From Curvularia clavata (Eukaryota), in NCBI GenBank assembly GCA_023920165.1, contig CP089274.1, forward strand, positions 3,534,001 through 3,598,000: 64,000 nt of DNA. The letters are read 5' to 3'. Positions within the stretch are counted from its first letter, which is position 1, and the number at the start of each line of letters is the position of its first letter. Shown piece after piece: positions 62,518-64,000 of this stretch. The position numbers and the translations under genes were made by a program. The notes beneath the pieces are model-generated. The model saw only the letters and a program-made list of their open reading frames with translations, was not told the DNA's origin and did not search any database.

Positions 62518-63565
62518 TTACGCTTTTCTATCTGACGCTTCGCCGGTACCCTCCTTCCAGTACTCAGAAAGCCACTCATATGGCTCCTCTGGGACATACT
62601 GATTCAGTATCTTCCCTTCAAACTCGGTGATGCGGTCGCGTGTCAGATTGTACAGCGCATACTTTTCATCGGGACCAGTCCCAACAGTATAAGGCACTGT
62701 CTGGACATTATTGCCAATCTCCTTGTCTACGTAGCGCTCAACATCAGACACTTGCGAGTCCCTGATGCGGTATTCGTCGCCATAATTGGGGTTGATCTAT
62801 ACCATCGTCAAGTTAGATTATTAGTAAAAAGGAGCTTTCGACTTACTATACCCATCCTTGTACCTTGCACAGCAATGACGTTCTGAATGGTGACATTGCG
62901 TTTTGCCTGGTTGAGGCAGTTGCCACACGATTGATAAAAGGTACCAAAGTTCTCTGCGTAGAAGCCCGTAATATTTACCTTTCCTCCAAGAGAGTTGTCT
63001 TGGAAGATCTTGTCGGTTGCGTTGCGTGCACCTCCGCCAATGACTCGAAGCTGTGTGTTTAGGCCCTTTGATGTCAAAGCATCTTCGCAGACGTCTTCCC
63101 ACCAGACTGTTGCGACACAAGTTAGCAAGTTATTCAAGTTCTGGATTGTGCGTGGAGTTCACCGTTCTCGACCCAGGCATCACCAAGAGCATGTATACCC
63201 TCGCTCTGGTGTTTTCCAATAACCACGTTCCTGATGGTAGCACCAGGAAGCAAGTTGAATACAGCGTCTGCATCAGTTCCCTCGGCTTGCTCACTACAAC
63301 TGCCCTCCACACGCTCATATCGCTTCATTTTCCCGTCAAAGACTTGCCCCGGGAGAATGTACATGGCCTCAGTGAGTACAATAGTTTCCGTAGGAACAGG
63401 GAAATTTGTGACTGGAAATGGGAAGCGGGGAGGAGGTCGTGCTCCGAGATCACCTTGAGTTGAGTCTGCACCGCCTTGGGGTCCATCGCCGTTCTGGCGA
63501 GGGATGACTGCTGCCGTGGAAAGCGCAGGTAGAAGAGGGAGGATGGCTGAAGTAGGGAACTTCAT
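62518..63565 (-). CDS. Secreted polysaccharide lyase family 3 (pectate lyase-like), divergent
   Basis: Signal peptide; FDGKMKRYER, CSEQAEG..DAVF, VWWEDVCEDALT, DKIFQDN, SCGNC and INPNYGD; two GT-AG introns. Confidence 0.88.
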
Positions 63566-64000
63566 CTTCGATGTTTGTAACTGAGGAGAAACGTAAAACA
63601 AGCTATCAATATCGCTAGTTCGACTTCACGTGGAGTTGGCAGCAGTGCAGGAAAAGGGATATTCCATCTCCCACGCAACATATCCAGCTTTTATACCCTT
63701 CTCTTTTTTCCAACACCCCCAGTAAGCCATCTTTCCAGCCAGACCCATCACAGATACTTTCCATCCACAAACTCGTATTCCAACTCGCCTCAAGCCCTTT
63801 TCGGTATACTATATCGCTGCAACCAAGACCACAGCCTCCCCTTCCCCATACCTTTCCCCAGCGCCACAACCTCCCAAGCCAGCGGAGGAACTCGCATCAA
63901 TGTCGTTTCCGTGAATGATGGTGCTGGGCTGGGTCTTGTAATGTGCTTGGCGTATGTCGAAGCGAATGTACTCCAAGACGTGGAGGCGTGATGCCAAGTC

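Noticed and set aside
1..64000. tRNA, 5S rRNA, telomerase template, transposon or CRISPR array
   Set aside because: By eye I found no complete T-loop/cloverleaf, rRNA, transposase/RT ORF, terminal repeats or spaced repeats. A tRNAscan, Rfam or RepeatMasker run could still find weak elements.

Overview
Gene-dense, intron-containing eukaryotic DNA from a filamentous ascomycete. Short GT-AG introns with CTRAC branch sites and the plant cell-wall enzymes are seen directly; a Dothideomycete/Pleosporales-like origin is an inference. About 27 protein-coding genes can be modelled. Most are housekeeping: VPS35, ISA2, kynureninase, DNA polymerase alpha, REX2, ARP8, ATP14, TFIIB, DEF1 and RPS28. There are also two transcription factors (the 3' end of a QutA-like activator and a KapC-like bZIP), an HpcH aldolase, a pterin dehydratase, a CE12 esterase, a PL3 lyase and several hypothetical or secreted proteins. 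I recognised no tRNA, rRNA, transposon or CRISPR array. The best candidate system is a divergent pair, a GldB-type aldo-keto reductase and a HAD-IIA phosphatase. Both have strong codon bias and share a promoter with CRE/STRE-like sites, suggesting a DHAP->DHA->glycerol osmolyte module, which may already be described in other ascomycetes. Other leads are a PL3 lacking the conserved Lys/Arg, a GC-AG intron in TFIIB, in-frame stop-free introns in the bZIP basic region and in DEF1, and alternative acceptors that could switch targeting of the pterin dehydratase. All calls come from reading the sequence and remembered family motifs; no searches were run.
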